Source: Halieaceae bacterium (GTDB lineage Bacteria > Pseudomonadota > Gammaproteobacteria > Pseudomonadales > Halieaceae). From it: DNA of 64,000 nucleotides. How positions within the stretch are numbered: the first letter of the stretch is position 1; each line of letters starts with the position of its first letter. The notes below the pieces were generated by a model that did not search any database, was not told where the DNA came from, and saw only the letters and a program-made list of their open reading frames with translations. The stretch covers positions 2,977 to 66,976 of the forward strand of contig JAHEEV010000008.1 in the NCBI GenBank assembly GCA_024640505.1. The letters are read 5' to 3'. The position numbers were made by a program, and so were the translations under genes. Positions 46,152-54,928 of the stretch are shown one piece after another.

Positions 46152-47402
46152 TTATGCAGCAGTGACATCGACGGGGTCGAAGGTGATGTGCAACTCCTTG
46201 AGGCCGCGCAGCACCACATTCGGCCAGTGCGTCAGGTCGTTCTTGCCCTCCGCCAGCCGAATGTTGGTTAATCTCTGCAGTAGTTTGGTATAGGCCACCT
46301 GCATCTCCTTGCGTCCCAGGAAAGCTCCGGGGCAAAAGTGTGTGCCGTAACCAAAAGCGATGTGGTCGTCCGCATTTTTGCGGCATACATCCATCTGCTC
46401 AGGGTCATCGAACACTCGCTCATCGCGATTAGCCGACGCGTAGCGCAGCATTAACAGGGAGTCTTTGGGTATCGATATGCCGTTAATCTGGGTATCCCGG
46501 GTCACCACGCGCCACAGACCCGCGGAGGGTGATTCGAGCCGAAGTATCTCCTCTACGGCATTGTCGATCATGGCAGGGTCATCACGGAGCGTATGCATCT
46601 GGTCAGACAACTGGATCAGGGATAACAGGCCGCCCGACAGGGCCGACGTGGTCGTTTCATTGCCTGCCACCAGCAGCTGCTCGATCATGCTGATCGCTTC
46701 CTGCATGTTCATCTTTCGACCGTCTTCGATCTCGATGTTGACCAGGTCGGAGATCATGTCGTCTCGCGGATTTGCGCGGCGGTCCTCGACCACCTTCGCC
46801 ATATAGTGCTGGTATTCCACAATCAGCCGGGCATTCTCCACCTCCTCTACTGCAGAGGCCATCCCACCCAGGCGGGAGGCAAAGGCGTCAGACCAGGCCT
46901 TGATCCTGCGCAGATCCTCCCGGGGCACACCCAACTGGTCGGCAATCACATAGACTGGCAGCGGTGTGGCGAAATCGTGTACAAACTCGCACTCGCCCCG
47001 GTCGATAAAGGCATCGATCAACTCGTCGACGATCTGCTCCATGTAGGGGCGCATCTTTTCCACCCGCTTGGCGGAAAATACCTTGTTGATCAGCGAGCGA
47101 TAGACCTTGTGACGGGGCGGGTCCATGGTTAACAGGGTGTCGACGGGCTCATAGCCACTGGCGTAAATCTCTGCCGCTTCAGGCGAGGGATCCGGCCCCT
47201 TGAGCACATGCATGAAATCGTTGGAGAAGGTGGCGGTATCCTTGGCCGCGCGGCGAACGTCCTCGTAGCGGCTCAGCATGAATATATTGGTGCCCGGCAA
47301 CTGGTACACCGGCGCCTGCTGCCGCAGGACCTGGTAAAACTCGTGGGGGGACTCGATCACCTCGGGATCAAAGAAGTCAAAGTCGTCGGCACTCTTCTTC
47401 AT
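46152..47402 (-). CDS. Cytochrome P450 monooxygenase
   Basis: Haem-thiolate loop FGYGTHFCPGAFLGR, I-helix LLVAGNETTTS, K-helix EEILRL. Confidence 0.95.
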   Translation of the reverse strand: MKKSADDFDFFDPEVIESPHEFYQVLRQQAPVYQLPGTNIFMLSRYEDVRRAAKDTATFSNDFMHVLKGPDPSPEAAEIYASGYEPVDTLLTMDPPRHKVYRSLINKVFSAKRVEKMRPYMEQIVDELIDAFIDRGECEFVHDFATPLPVYVIADQLGVPREDLRRIKAWSDAFASRLGGMASAVEEVENARLIVEYQHYMAKVVEDRRANPRDDMISDLVNIEIEDGRKMNMQEAISMIEQLLVAGNETTTSALSGGLLSLIQLSDQMHTLRDDPAMIDNAVEEILRLESPSAGLWRVVTRDTQINGISIPKDSLLMLRYASANRDERVFDDPEQMDVCRKNADDHIAFGYGTHFCPGAFLGRKEMQVAYTKLLQRLTNIRLAEGKNDLTHWPNVVLRGLKELHITFDPVDVTAA

Positions 47403-47487
47403 TCAGTGTGTCCTCGCCCGCATTTTCCGGCAGCGCTTTATCAATATTGGTCTGGGACCGGGGACAACACATTAGCGAATAGAAAAT

Positions 47488-47510
47488 AAACAGTCAAATC
47501 TGATTGTTTT
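47488..47510. promoter_or_regulatory. Operator-like palindrome, site d (AAACAG-TCAAAT-CTGATTGTTTT)
   Basis: Located in the 170-bp divergent region between the P450 and the SDR/ThuA/ACAD/Rieske operon, 82 and 61 bp from the start codons. Confidence 0.5.
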
Positions 47511-47572
47511 TTAGAGGGGGGTTTGATAATTTGGCTCGATCCCGAATCAATCCCTCTTGCAGGAGACCCACA

Positions 47573-48334
47573 ATGGACCTCGGACTATCTGGAAAAAAAG
47601 CTGTCGTCACCGGATCCACACGCGGAATCGGCCGGGCCATCGCCAATCTGCTGGCTGACGAAGGTGTCGACCTGGCTATCTGCTCACGCAACCAGGAGGA
47701 GGTAGATGCCGCCGTCTCCGACCTCAGCGCCAGGGGCGTGAAAGTGACGGGGGCAGCCATCGATGCAGCCGACAAGGACGCGTACCAGGGGTGGATCACC
47801 GCAGCGGCAGAAGAGCTCGGCGGTATCGATATCCTTGTATCCTGTGTCAGCGGCAAGGGAGGAAAAGTTGACGAGGAGGGCTGGAAACTTAATTTTGACC
47901 TGGACCTGCTGGGCACGACCCGGGCCATAGAGGCTGCGATGCCCTCCCTCAAGGCTTCCGGTTCGGGTGCTATCGTCTGTATCGGGAGCACTGCGGCGGT
48001 CGAGGATTTCGCCGCCCCACAGACGTACAACGCCATAAAAGCCGCCGTCATCGTACATGCCAGCCAGCTGGCAAAAGCGCTTGCGCCCGAAGGCATCAGG
48101 GTGAACTGCGTGTCCCCGGGGCCCACCATGGTCGAGGGCGGTGACTGGGACATGATCAAGAACCACATGGCCGACTTTTACGATGCGACCGTGGCAGCCC
48201 ATCCCATGGGCCGACTCGGCTCTCCCGAGGAGATCGCCAATGCAGTGGTGTTCCTGGCCAGCCCCGCGGCCAGCTGGATTACGGGCACCAACCTGGTGGC
48301 CGACGGCGGCTTCACCAAACGCGTCCAGCTGTAA
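47573..48334 (+). CDS. SDR family oxidoreductase
   Basis: ATG at 47573, 7 nt after AGGAG. TGSTRGIG, YNAIKAA. Confidence 0.9.
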   Translation: MDLGLSGKKAVVTGSTRGIGRAIANLLADEGVDLAICSRNQEEVDAAVSDLSARGVKVTGAAIDAADKDAYQGWITAAAEELGGIDILVSCVSGKGGKVDEEGWKLNFDLDLLGTTRAIEAAMPSLKASGSGAIVCIGSTAAVEDFAAPQTYNAIKAAVIVHASQLAKALAPEGIRVNCVSPGPTMVEGGDWDMIKNHMADFYDATVAAHPMGRLGSPEEIANAVVFLASPAASWITGTNLVADGGFTKRVQL

Positions 48335-48349
48335 CGCGGGACAGGACCC

Positions 48350-49114
48350 ATGGGCAAGAGTGATCGCATCGATGTCTACCTGGTGGCAGGCGGCAAGTAC
48401 CACAATATCGATCACGCCAGGCTGGAAATTCTCAAGCTTCTGGCACAGCAACCCCGGATCAAGACCCGCGTGGGTGAAGATTACCGGGACATCGATGCAA
48501 TCTGCGCGTCCGACTTCCTGATCACTTATACCTGCGACGTGGTTCCCGGTGAAGCGGAAACCGCCCGGCTCCAGGAGTATATCCGGTCGGGAAAAAAGTG
48601 GTTCGCGTTGCACGGGACCAATTCCATCCTGGAATTCCTCGCACCGGATGAGGACGGCAACCCCCAGGTAGACTGTCCCGAGCGCAATGTGCCCTTCATG
48701 GAAATCCTGGGCAGCCAGTTCACGTCCCACCCGCCCATTCACGAGTACGAGGTGCTGGTCACCGACCCGGCACACCCGCTGGTGAAGGACATTCCCACCT
48801 TCAGGGTGGACGACGAGTTGTACCTGTGCAAATTTTACGGCGAGTACCAGACCCTGCTCCACACCCACTGGTCCGAACCGGTGGCCAATTTCGTGAGAGA
48901 TGACTGGGTTAAAGACACCGATGTACAGCCGGTCTTCTACCTGCATCCCTACGGCCAGGGCACGGTACTCTACCTCACCCTCGGCCACTGTCGGGGCAAG
49001 TACGATATGCAGCCGCTTATCGAAGAGTACCCGGTACCCGAGGATGGGGCCTGGAAAACCGGGGAATTCTACGAACTCCTCCAGCGCGGCATACAATGGG
49101 CCATGGAGCCCTGA
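48350..49114 (+). CDS. ThuA-domain (class I glutamine-amidotransferase-like fold) protein
   Basis: RIDVYLVAGGKYHNIDHARLEILKLL ... FLITYTCDVVP ... KKWFALHGTNS fits the ThuA pattern as I recall it. Confidence 0.75.
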   Translation: MGKSDRIDVYLVAGGKYHNIDHARLEILKLLAQQPRIKTRVGEDYRDIDAICASDFLITYTCDVVPGEAETARLQEYIRSGKKWFALHGTNSILEFLAPDEDGNPQVDCPERNVPFMEILGSQFTSHPPIHEYEVLVTDPAHPLVKDIPTFRVDDELYLCKFYGEYQTLLHTHWSEPVANFVRDDWVKDTDVQPVFYLHPYGQGTVLYLTLGHCRGKYDMQPLIEEYPVPEDGAWKTGEFYELLQRGIQWAMEP

Positions 49115-49139
49115 TCATCCTCCAACGCCCGGGTAATCC

Positions 49140-50327
49140 ATGGACCTGAACTTCACAGAGCAAGAGCGGCAATTCCAGCACGACGTGCGGCAATTCCTGG
49201 CGGAGCATCTCACACCGGACATCGTCGAAGACACCGCAAGGAACAGCAGCGTATTTGTGGAGAAGGACTTGGCACTGCACTGGCAGGCCATTCTGGTGGA
49301 AAAGGGCTGGGCGGTTCCACAATGGCCTGTGGCGCACGGCGGCACCGACTGGACGCCGGCCCAGAAGTATATCTTCAGCCGCGAATGTTATCTGGCAGGC
49401 GCCCCGATGTTGATTCCCCTGGGCCTGCTCATGTTGGCTCCGGTGATTATGGCGTTTGGTAGCGAGGAGCAGAAAGCCGAATACCTGCCGAAAATTCTTT
49501 CCGGTGAACACTACTGGTGCCAGGGCTATTCCGAACCCGGTGCCGGATCCGACCTGGCCAGCCTCAAACTGAAGGCCGAAGCGGACGGCGACGACTATAT
49601 CGTCAATGGCTCCAAACTGTGGACCACCCATGCCCACCTGGCGGACCACATCTTCTGCCTGGTGCGCACCAGCAACAGCGAACGCCCGCAGCAGGGCATA
49701 AGCTTCCTGCTGGTGGACATGGACAGCCCCGGCGTCACCGTTGAACCCATACTCACCATGGCCGGGGATCACGAGGTCAACCAGGTCTTCTTCGACGATG
49801 TGCGTGTTCCGCAGAAAAACCGTATCGGAGAGGAAAACAAGGGCTGGAGCTATGCCAAATACCTGTTGGAATTCGAACGCGGTGGCGGGTTCAGTGCGCC
49901 GCGTATCCAGCACGAGCTGGATCGGCTGCGCAACATGGTTGAAGAAGCGATCAAAACTGTCGACAATTTCGATGAGAGCGGCGAGATCGAGCGGCGGATA
50001 GCCCGCATCGATATCGATCTCAAGGCACTGGAGATCACCGAGCTTCGAATCCTGTCCGCAGTAAGCGGCGGCGGCAATCCCGGCCCCGAGTCATCCATAT
50101 TGAAACTCAACACGGTACGTCTCGAGCAGGCTATCAACGAACTGGCTGTTGACGTCATGGGTTATCGGGGTCTCTCCATGAATCCGGTGGCGGGGGGTAG
50201 CCCCTATCGCGAGGACTTCACGGCCTCGGTAGTACCGCGCTACCTGAATAACCGGGCGGCGTCCATCTTCGGTGGCTCCCAGGAAGTACAACGCAACATT
50301 ATCGCCAAGATGGTACTGGGGCTGTAA
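49140..50327 (+). CDS. Acyl-CoA dehydrogenase family protein
   Basis: MDLNFTEQERQFQHDVRQFL..., YSEPGAGSDLASL, C-terminal IFGGSQEVQRNIIA. Confidence 0.9.
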   Translation: MDLNFTEQERQFQHDVRQFLAEHLTPDIVEDTARNSSVFVEKDLALHWQAILVEKGWAVPQWPVAHGGTDWTPAQKYIFSRECYLAGAPMLIPLGLLMLAPVIMAFGSEEQKAEYLPKILSGEHYWCQGYSEPGAGSDLASLKLKAEADGDDYIVNGSKLWTTHAHLADHIFCLVRTSNSERPQQGISFLLVDMDSPGVTVEPILTMAGDHEVNQVFFDDVRVPQKNRIGEENKGWSYAKYLLEFERGGGFSAPRIQHELDRLRNMVEEAIKTVDNFDESGEIERRIARIDIDLKALEITELRILSAVSGGGNPGPESSILKLNTVRLEQAINELAVDVMGYRGLSMNPVAGGSPYREDFTASVVPRYLNNRAASIFGGSQEVQRNIIAKMVLGL

Positions 50328-51488
50328 ATGGAAAGAGAACTACTGATCGAGGAAGTAAAAACCCTGCTGGACCTGGTCGATTGCAACAGCACCACGCTGG
50401 CGGACAGCGTGATGGAGATCGACGCCACCGAGTACATCGATTCGGCGCTTTTCCAGCAGGAAAAGATCGAGCTGTTCCGCAACTATCCGCAGTTCGTCGG
50501 ACCCAGTTGCATGATCCCGGAGCCCGGAGACTACTTTGCCTTCGACGATACGGGCATTCCCATCCTCATCGTACGCAATACAGAAGGCGTGCTGAAGGCG
50601 TTCGTCAACATCTGCTCTCATCGTGGAGCACCCCTCAACGAATGCGATCACGGCAAGGCCAGGAAGGGCCGCATGTTCTCCTGCCCCTACCACGGCTGGA
50701 GTTACGACCTGGACGGCAAGCTTATAGGCGTGCCTTTTGGCAAAGAGGGCTTCGACAGCATCGATCGGTCAGTTCTGGGCCTGAGACCGTTGGACGTTCA
50801 GGAAAAGCACGGCTGTATCTTTGTCATGCCCAACCCGGAGCTGACTTTCGATATCGACCAGGTACTGGGGGGTCTGGAAGAACGCCTGTCGGGCTTCGGT
50901 TTCCAGGATCACTACTACCTGGGCGCCAAGCAGGTTCACACCAACTTCAGCTGGAAGCTGAACATGGACACCTTCCATGAGTATTACCATTTTGAGTTTC
51001 TGCACCCCGATTCTATCGCCCAGATGGCCTACAGTAATATCTCTACCTACCACCAGTATGGGCGCAATCACTCCATGGGCTCGCCGACACTGCAGATCAC
51101 GGACCTGAAGACCGTTCCCGAGGACCAGTGGAACCCGCGGAGTTACAGTTCTTATGTAAATTACATTTTCCCCAACGTGGTGATCTTCGTGGTTGAGGAT
51201 CACTTCCAGACGTGGCGGGTCTATCCCATCAGTCCTGACCGCTCGGTGGTCTACCACAGCATGTTCGTGCCACAGGCGCCAGCGAATGAAGAGGAGCGGC
51301 TGGAACGCGATGCCTACCACCAGATGATCAACGACGTGGCGGTTACCGAAGACTACGGACTGGTCGACAAGATTCACCGCGGACTCAACTGCGGCATCGA
51401 TCGCAAGGTGCTGGTAGGACGCAATGAACCCGGCGTGCAGAATATGCACCGTCAATTACATGAGGTACTGGGGATAGACCAGGTCTAA
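50328..51488 (+). CDS. Rieske [2Fe-2S] oxygenase alpha subunit (shorter, phthalate/KshA-like size class)
   Basis: The start abuts the ACAD stop (TAA then ATG). CSHRGAPL...CPYHGWSY. Mononuclear-iron region HEYYHFEFLHPD. Confidence 0.9.
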   Translation: MERELLIEEVKTLLDLVDCNSTTLADSVMEIDATEYIDSALFQQEKIELFRNYPQFVGPSCMIPEPGDYFAFDDTGIPILIVRNTEGVLKAFVNICSHRGAPLNECDHGKARKGRMFSCPYHGWSYDLDGKLIGVPFGKEGFDSIDRSVLGLRPLDVQEKHGCIFVMPNPELTFDIDQVLGGLEERLSGFGFQDHYYLGAKQVHTNFSWKLNMDTFHEYYHFEFLHPDSIAQMAYSNISTYHQYGRNHSMGSPTLQITDLKTVPEDQWNPRSYSSYVNYIFPNVVIFVVEDHFQTWRVYPISPDRSVVYHSMFVPQAPANEEERLERDAYHQMINDVAVTEDYGLVDKIHRGLNCGIDRKVLVGRNEPGVQNMHRQLHEVLGIDQV

Positions 51489-51655
51489 TCGCAGTAACTC
51501 CGACAGGTTTCTGAAAATTTTCGATTGAATCACTCGTGCAAGTCATCTCTCCGCCGCCCAGCCACTGTTTCAATTTTATCGGGGCGAGCTTTGCGTGTTC
51601 AAGTTCGGGTGGGGTAACGCTGCAACGGAAACGCCGCTGTCAAAACGCACCTACC

Positions 51656-52921
51656 CTAGCGCTGCTCTTCCACCTGATCAGGGCTGACCGCACCCGCGGT
51701 ATTGCCGAAGCTTGCCCGGACATAGGTCGCCACACTGGCAATGTCCTCATCCGAGAGTCTTTTCCCGAACATCTTCATCCGTGTCCGGTCCACGACAAAA
51801 GGTGGTGGCGGCAGGTGCGGCCCGTACAGTATGACGTTGAGCAGTGATGCAGGGTCCGGTGCCTGAACGATGGCACTGCCAGAGAGGGAGACGCCCAGAA
51901 TGTCGTCCCCGAGCCCGGAGGGTAAATGGCAGCTGCCGCAGTGCACGGTGTAGACAATCTCCCCGGCTTTCAATACTTCCGCTGCGGGCGGTGGATCCGC
52001 AGAATGGCTCCGCGGAGGTATATTCTTGAGATAGGTGGCGATAGAAAACGCGTCCTCTTCCGTCAGAAAGCGCGTCGAGTTCATGATCACTTTATTCATG
52101 GGCCCGTGAACCACGGCGTGTTTACACTGGCCCGTTTTCAGGTAAGCGACGATGTCCTCCTCGCTCCACTTTCCAAGGCCGGTGGAGGATGGCGTCAGAT
52201 TTACACCCGACCACCGCCGGTATGCGCCTGTTTTTACCTTGTCAAAATATATCCCGCCGGTCAGGGCCTGGTCGTAAAGCTCCGCACCCAGCAGATTGCG
52301 CGGCGAATGACAGGCACCGCAATGCCCGGGTCCCTCGACAAGATAGGCCCCCCGGTTCCAGGCCCGCGATTTCTCCGGATCCGGCGCATAGGTGGAGGCA
52401 TCATGAAATAGCGCCTTCCATACCGACAGCAGGGGACGTAACCCGTAGGGAAAGCGGAGTGCGTTGGCTCTGGCAGACTCGCGTACCGGTTCGATGGTCT
52501 GCAGGTACAGGAAAAGCGACGCGATATCGTCGTCGGTCAGTTTTGCAAATGCCGTGTAGGGAAAGGCGGGATACAGGTGCGTTCCGTCAGGGCGCACACC
52601 CTCTTTCATCGATCGATAGAATGCCTCGAAGGACCAGTCGCCGATGCCGGTTTCACTGTCCGTCGTTATATTGGTGGAATACAGTGTGCCAAATGGTGTG
52701 CGAAACGCTACGCCACCCGCGAAGGGCGCACCCTTGTCGGTAGTATGGCAGGTCGCGCAATTGCCGACTCTGGCGAGATACTCTCCCCGCTCCACACTGG
52801 CGTCGTACGCTCCTTGCCCCAGGGGTCTGTCGACGCCTGTCCAGGCAGTATGGAAATAAAGCGCGACCAAAACAGCCAATAGCGCCAATACCCAGGCTGT
52901 CGCCCAAAGTTTGAATTTCAT
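51656..52921 (-). CDS. Membrane-anchored tri-haem cytochrome c (dehydrogenase cytochrome-subunit type)
   Basis: N-terminal TM WATAWVLALLAVLVALYF. Three CxxCH motifs (CATCH, CGACH, CGSCH) spaced as in the cytochrome subunits of membrane-bound dehydrogenases. Confidence 0.85.
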   Translation of the reverse strand: MKFKLWATAWVLALLAVLVALYFHTAWTGVDRPLGQGAYDASVERGEYLARVGNCATCHTTDKGAPFAGGVAFRTPFGTLYSTNITTDSETGIGDWSFEAFYRSMKEGVRPDGTHLYPAFPYTAFAKLTDDDIASLFLYLQTIEPVRESARANALRFPYGLRPLLSVWKALFHDASTYAPDPEKSRAWNRGAYLVEGPGHCGACHSPRNLLGAELYDQALTGGIYFDKVKTGAYRRWSGVNLTPSSTGLGKWSEEDIVAYLKTGQCKHAVVHGPMNKVIMNSTRFLTEEDAFSIATYLKNIPPRSHSADPPPAAEVLKAGEIVYTVHCGSCHLPSGLGDDILGVSLSGSAIVQAPDPASLLNVILYGPHLPPPPFVVDRTRMKMFGKRLSDEDIASVATYVRASFGNTAGAVSPDQVEEQR

Positions 52922-52963
52922 GCCGGAAGACTCCGGATGACTCTCGCCATGTCCACCTGCCCG

Positions 52964-53560
52964 CTACCGGGGGACCGTCGCTTCGCGGGGAGCAGAATCT
53001 TCGAAGGGTATCCCGACCAGGCGTAGCCAGTTTTTCGTTCTCGCCAACAGGAAGCGGCAGGGATCCTCATCATCTGACCCCAGCCAGCTGATGATGCTGC
53101 CGGTCAGATGCGCTGTGAATGCTGCGACCGCGGAATCGTGATCAATCGATGTGTCCGGCATGACCCGGGCTATGGCCCTGTTTAAAAGTTCACCGCGTTT
53201 TTTCTCCAGGGCCACGAGAGCCGGATCCCTGACGTTGGCCGCATAGCTGGAGAAGAAGGAGGCCGAGGACTCCCTGCTCCCGACGGTATGACCGATAAAG
53301 GCCGCCACTTCGAGCAAATGGTCACCGGACGGTGTGGTGGGAAGTTGCTCCAGGCTTTGACTGAACGCATCGATCATTCTGGCCAGTATCTCGGTTTTGA
53401 GTGCCTGGGTGCTCTTGAATCGCAGAATGATGGCGGCGCGGGACAGGCCGGTCTCTGCCGCCACTTCAGACAGGGTAAAGGCGTCCACACCACGCAACCT
53501 GATCACCCTGGACGCGGCATCAAAAATCTCTTCGTCGGTAACGGTTGGTGTCCTTGCCAT
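52964..53560 (-). CDS. TetR/AcrR family transcriptional regulator
   Basis: HTH region DEEIFDAASRVIRLRGVDAFTLSEVAAETGLSRAAIILRFKST. Lies 42 bp upstream of the cytochrome c gene on the same strand. Confidence 0.9.
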   Translation of the reverse strand: MARTPTVTDEEIFDAASRVIRLRGVDAFTLSEVAAETGLSRAAIILRFKSTQALKTEILARMIDAFSQSLEQLPTTPSGDHLLEVAAFIGHTVGSRESSASFFSSYAANVRDPALVALEKKRGELLNRAIARVMPDTSIDHDSAVAAFTAHLTGSIISWLGSDDEDPCRFLLARTKNWLRLVGIPFEDSAPREATVPR

Positions 53561-53624
53561 AAACTACCCACTTACAGGCTCGACTGGGCGAACGAAATTG
53601 AAAAAACAACAGACCCATTGACAT

Positions 53625-53669
53625 TACTAACGGCAGTGTCAGAATAATACTAACATAGGCGTTAGTATT
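53625..53669. promoter_or_regulatory. Palindromic operator candidate for the adjacent TetR (AATACTAAC-N6-GTTAGTATT) plus a third TACTAAC half-site
   Basis: Perfect 9-bp arms at 53646-53654 and 53661-53669, with an extra TACTAAC at 53625-53631 just after a TTGACA hexamer (53618-53623). Located in the divergent region between TetR 52964..53560 and the 53711 operon. Confidence 0.5.
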
Positions 53670-53710
53670 TTATGCAACTGCTTTATGCAACGAACTGGGA
53701 TGTGCCGGGC

Positions 53711-54928
53711 ATGACGAGAAAATTCCCATTATTTCGGGCCGCCCGTTGGTCCGCCCTGCTTGCCGCAGGGCAACTGACCGCAGCCCAGGCCGGGCCGGCC
53801 TTTCTACAGGACGGTGAGGCAGGCTTTGTCGTATCCCACATTGAGTACGCGCTCTCCGACGACGCCGAACTGAACGGCGCCTGCCCTTCGGGCATGACAG
53901 GGGGTTTACAGGAAATTTTCGCGGCGTCCCCCGGAGGGAAGCGCGGTCCCGATGAATCGGACGAGCAGTATGTCGCCCGGGTACAAAAAGGCACGCGCAC
54001 ACTCTCGACCACATCTGATGGCCGCGCTCTGTGCATGCACCCGGAGGCCGGTCAGCCCGACCCCTATTTCCGCACGGTTCAACGCAGTGACATCGCGGTT
54101 TTCGGTATCGACCTGGATGGGGAAATATCCAACAGCGACAGCAAAAAGCACGGCACCTGTGCCCATGACGATTTCTCTGGAAGGAACGGCGAGCCCGGCA
54201 TCGACAACCAGTTTTACCGGGTCGTTGGCTGCAGCCGCTCCTTCCAGTCCACCGGTATGTCCAACAGTTTTTCCACAGAAATGCTTACGGGATCCTGGGG
54301 CATTCTCCTGCGGCTACGAGGCGTGGATGACATCGCCAACGACGACGACGTTGAAGTAGGCCTCTATTACAATACCGACCCGATAAAGCTCAGCCCTGGC
54401 CGGGAACCACTGGCCTACGCCAGTTATATCGCCGACAGTGATTCCAGGTTCAGGGGAGAAACGCGGGGGCGTATCAGCAACGGCGTCCTGACCACCGAAC
54501 CGGTGGATGTGCGGTTCCGTCATGTGGTCAACAGTATGGTCCTGGAACGCTTTCTGAGAGATGCGCGCCTCCAGGTGACCCTGTCTGAGCAGGGTGAACT
54601 GGAGGGTTACCTGTCCGGGTATACACCGGTGGAGGCTATGTATGACCAGCAGTTTGGCTACCGCAATGGCAAGACCGGCTCGGGCGAACTCGCTCCACTC
54701 AAATTGAGGTCCGGGTCTGCTACCGGCGCGGCGTTTGTACTTGGGCACACCTGTAATGGTGCCTACTATGCGTTGCTTGAGCACGCGGATGGCCATCCCG
54801 ATCCCGCAACGGGTGAATGCACCTCGATTTCCACGCAGTATCGTATCAGGGCGATACCCGCCTTTGTGCTGGAAGACACGGATTCGCCGGAAAGTCTCAA
54901 CCCGGTTGTGGCGGGTACTGCGCAATGA
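53711..54928 (+). CDS. Exported hypothetical protein (Cys-containing, no recognised domain)
   Basis: ORF 53672..54928. ATG at 53711 gives MTRKFPLFRAARWSALLAAGQLTAAQA (signal peptide, AQA site). Several Cys spread through the mature part. The stop overlaps the next gene's start (ATGA). Confidence 0.6.
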   Translation: MTRKFPLFRAARWSALLAAGQLTAAQAGPAFLQDGEAGFVVSHIEYALSDDAELNGACPSGMTGGLQEIFAASPGGKRGPDESDEQYVARVQKGTRTLSTTSDGRALCMHPEAGQPDPYFRTVQRSDIAVFGIDLDGEISNSDSKKHGTCAHDDFSGRNGEPGIDNQFYRVVGCSRSFQSTGMSNSFSTEMLTGSWGILLRLRGVDDIANDDDVEVGLYYNTDPIKLSPGREPLAYASYIADSDSRFRGETRGRISNGVLTTEPVDVRFRHVVNSMVLERFLRDARLQVTLSEQGELEGYLSGYTPVEAMYDQQFGYRNGKTGSGELAPLKLRSGSATGAAFVLGHTCNGAYYALLEHADGHPDPATGECTSISTQYRIRAIPAFVLEDTDSPESLNPVVAGTAQ

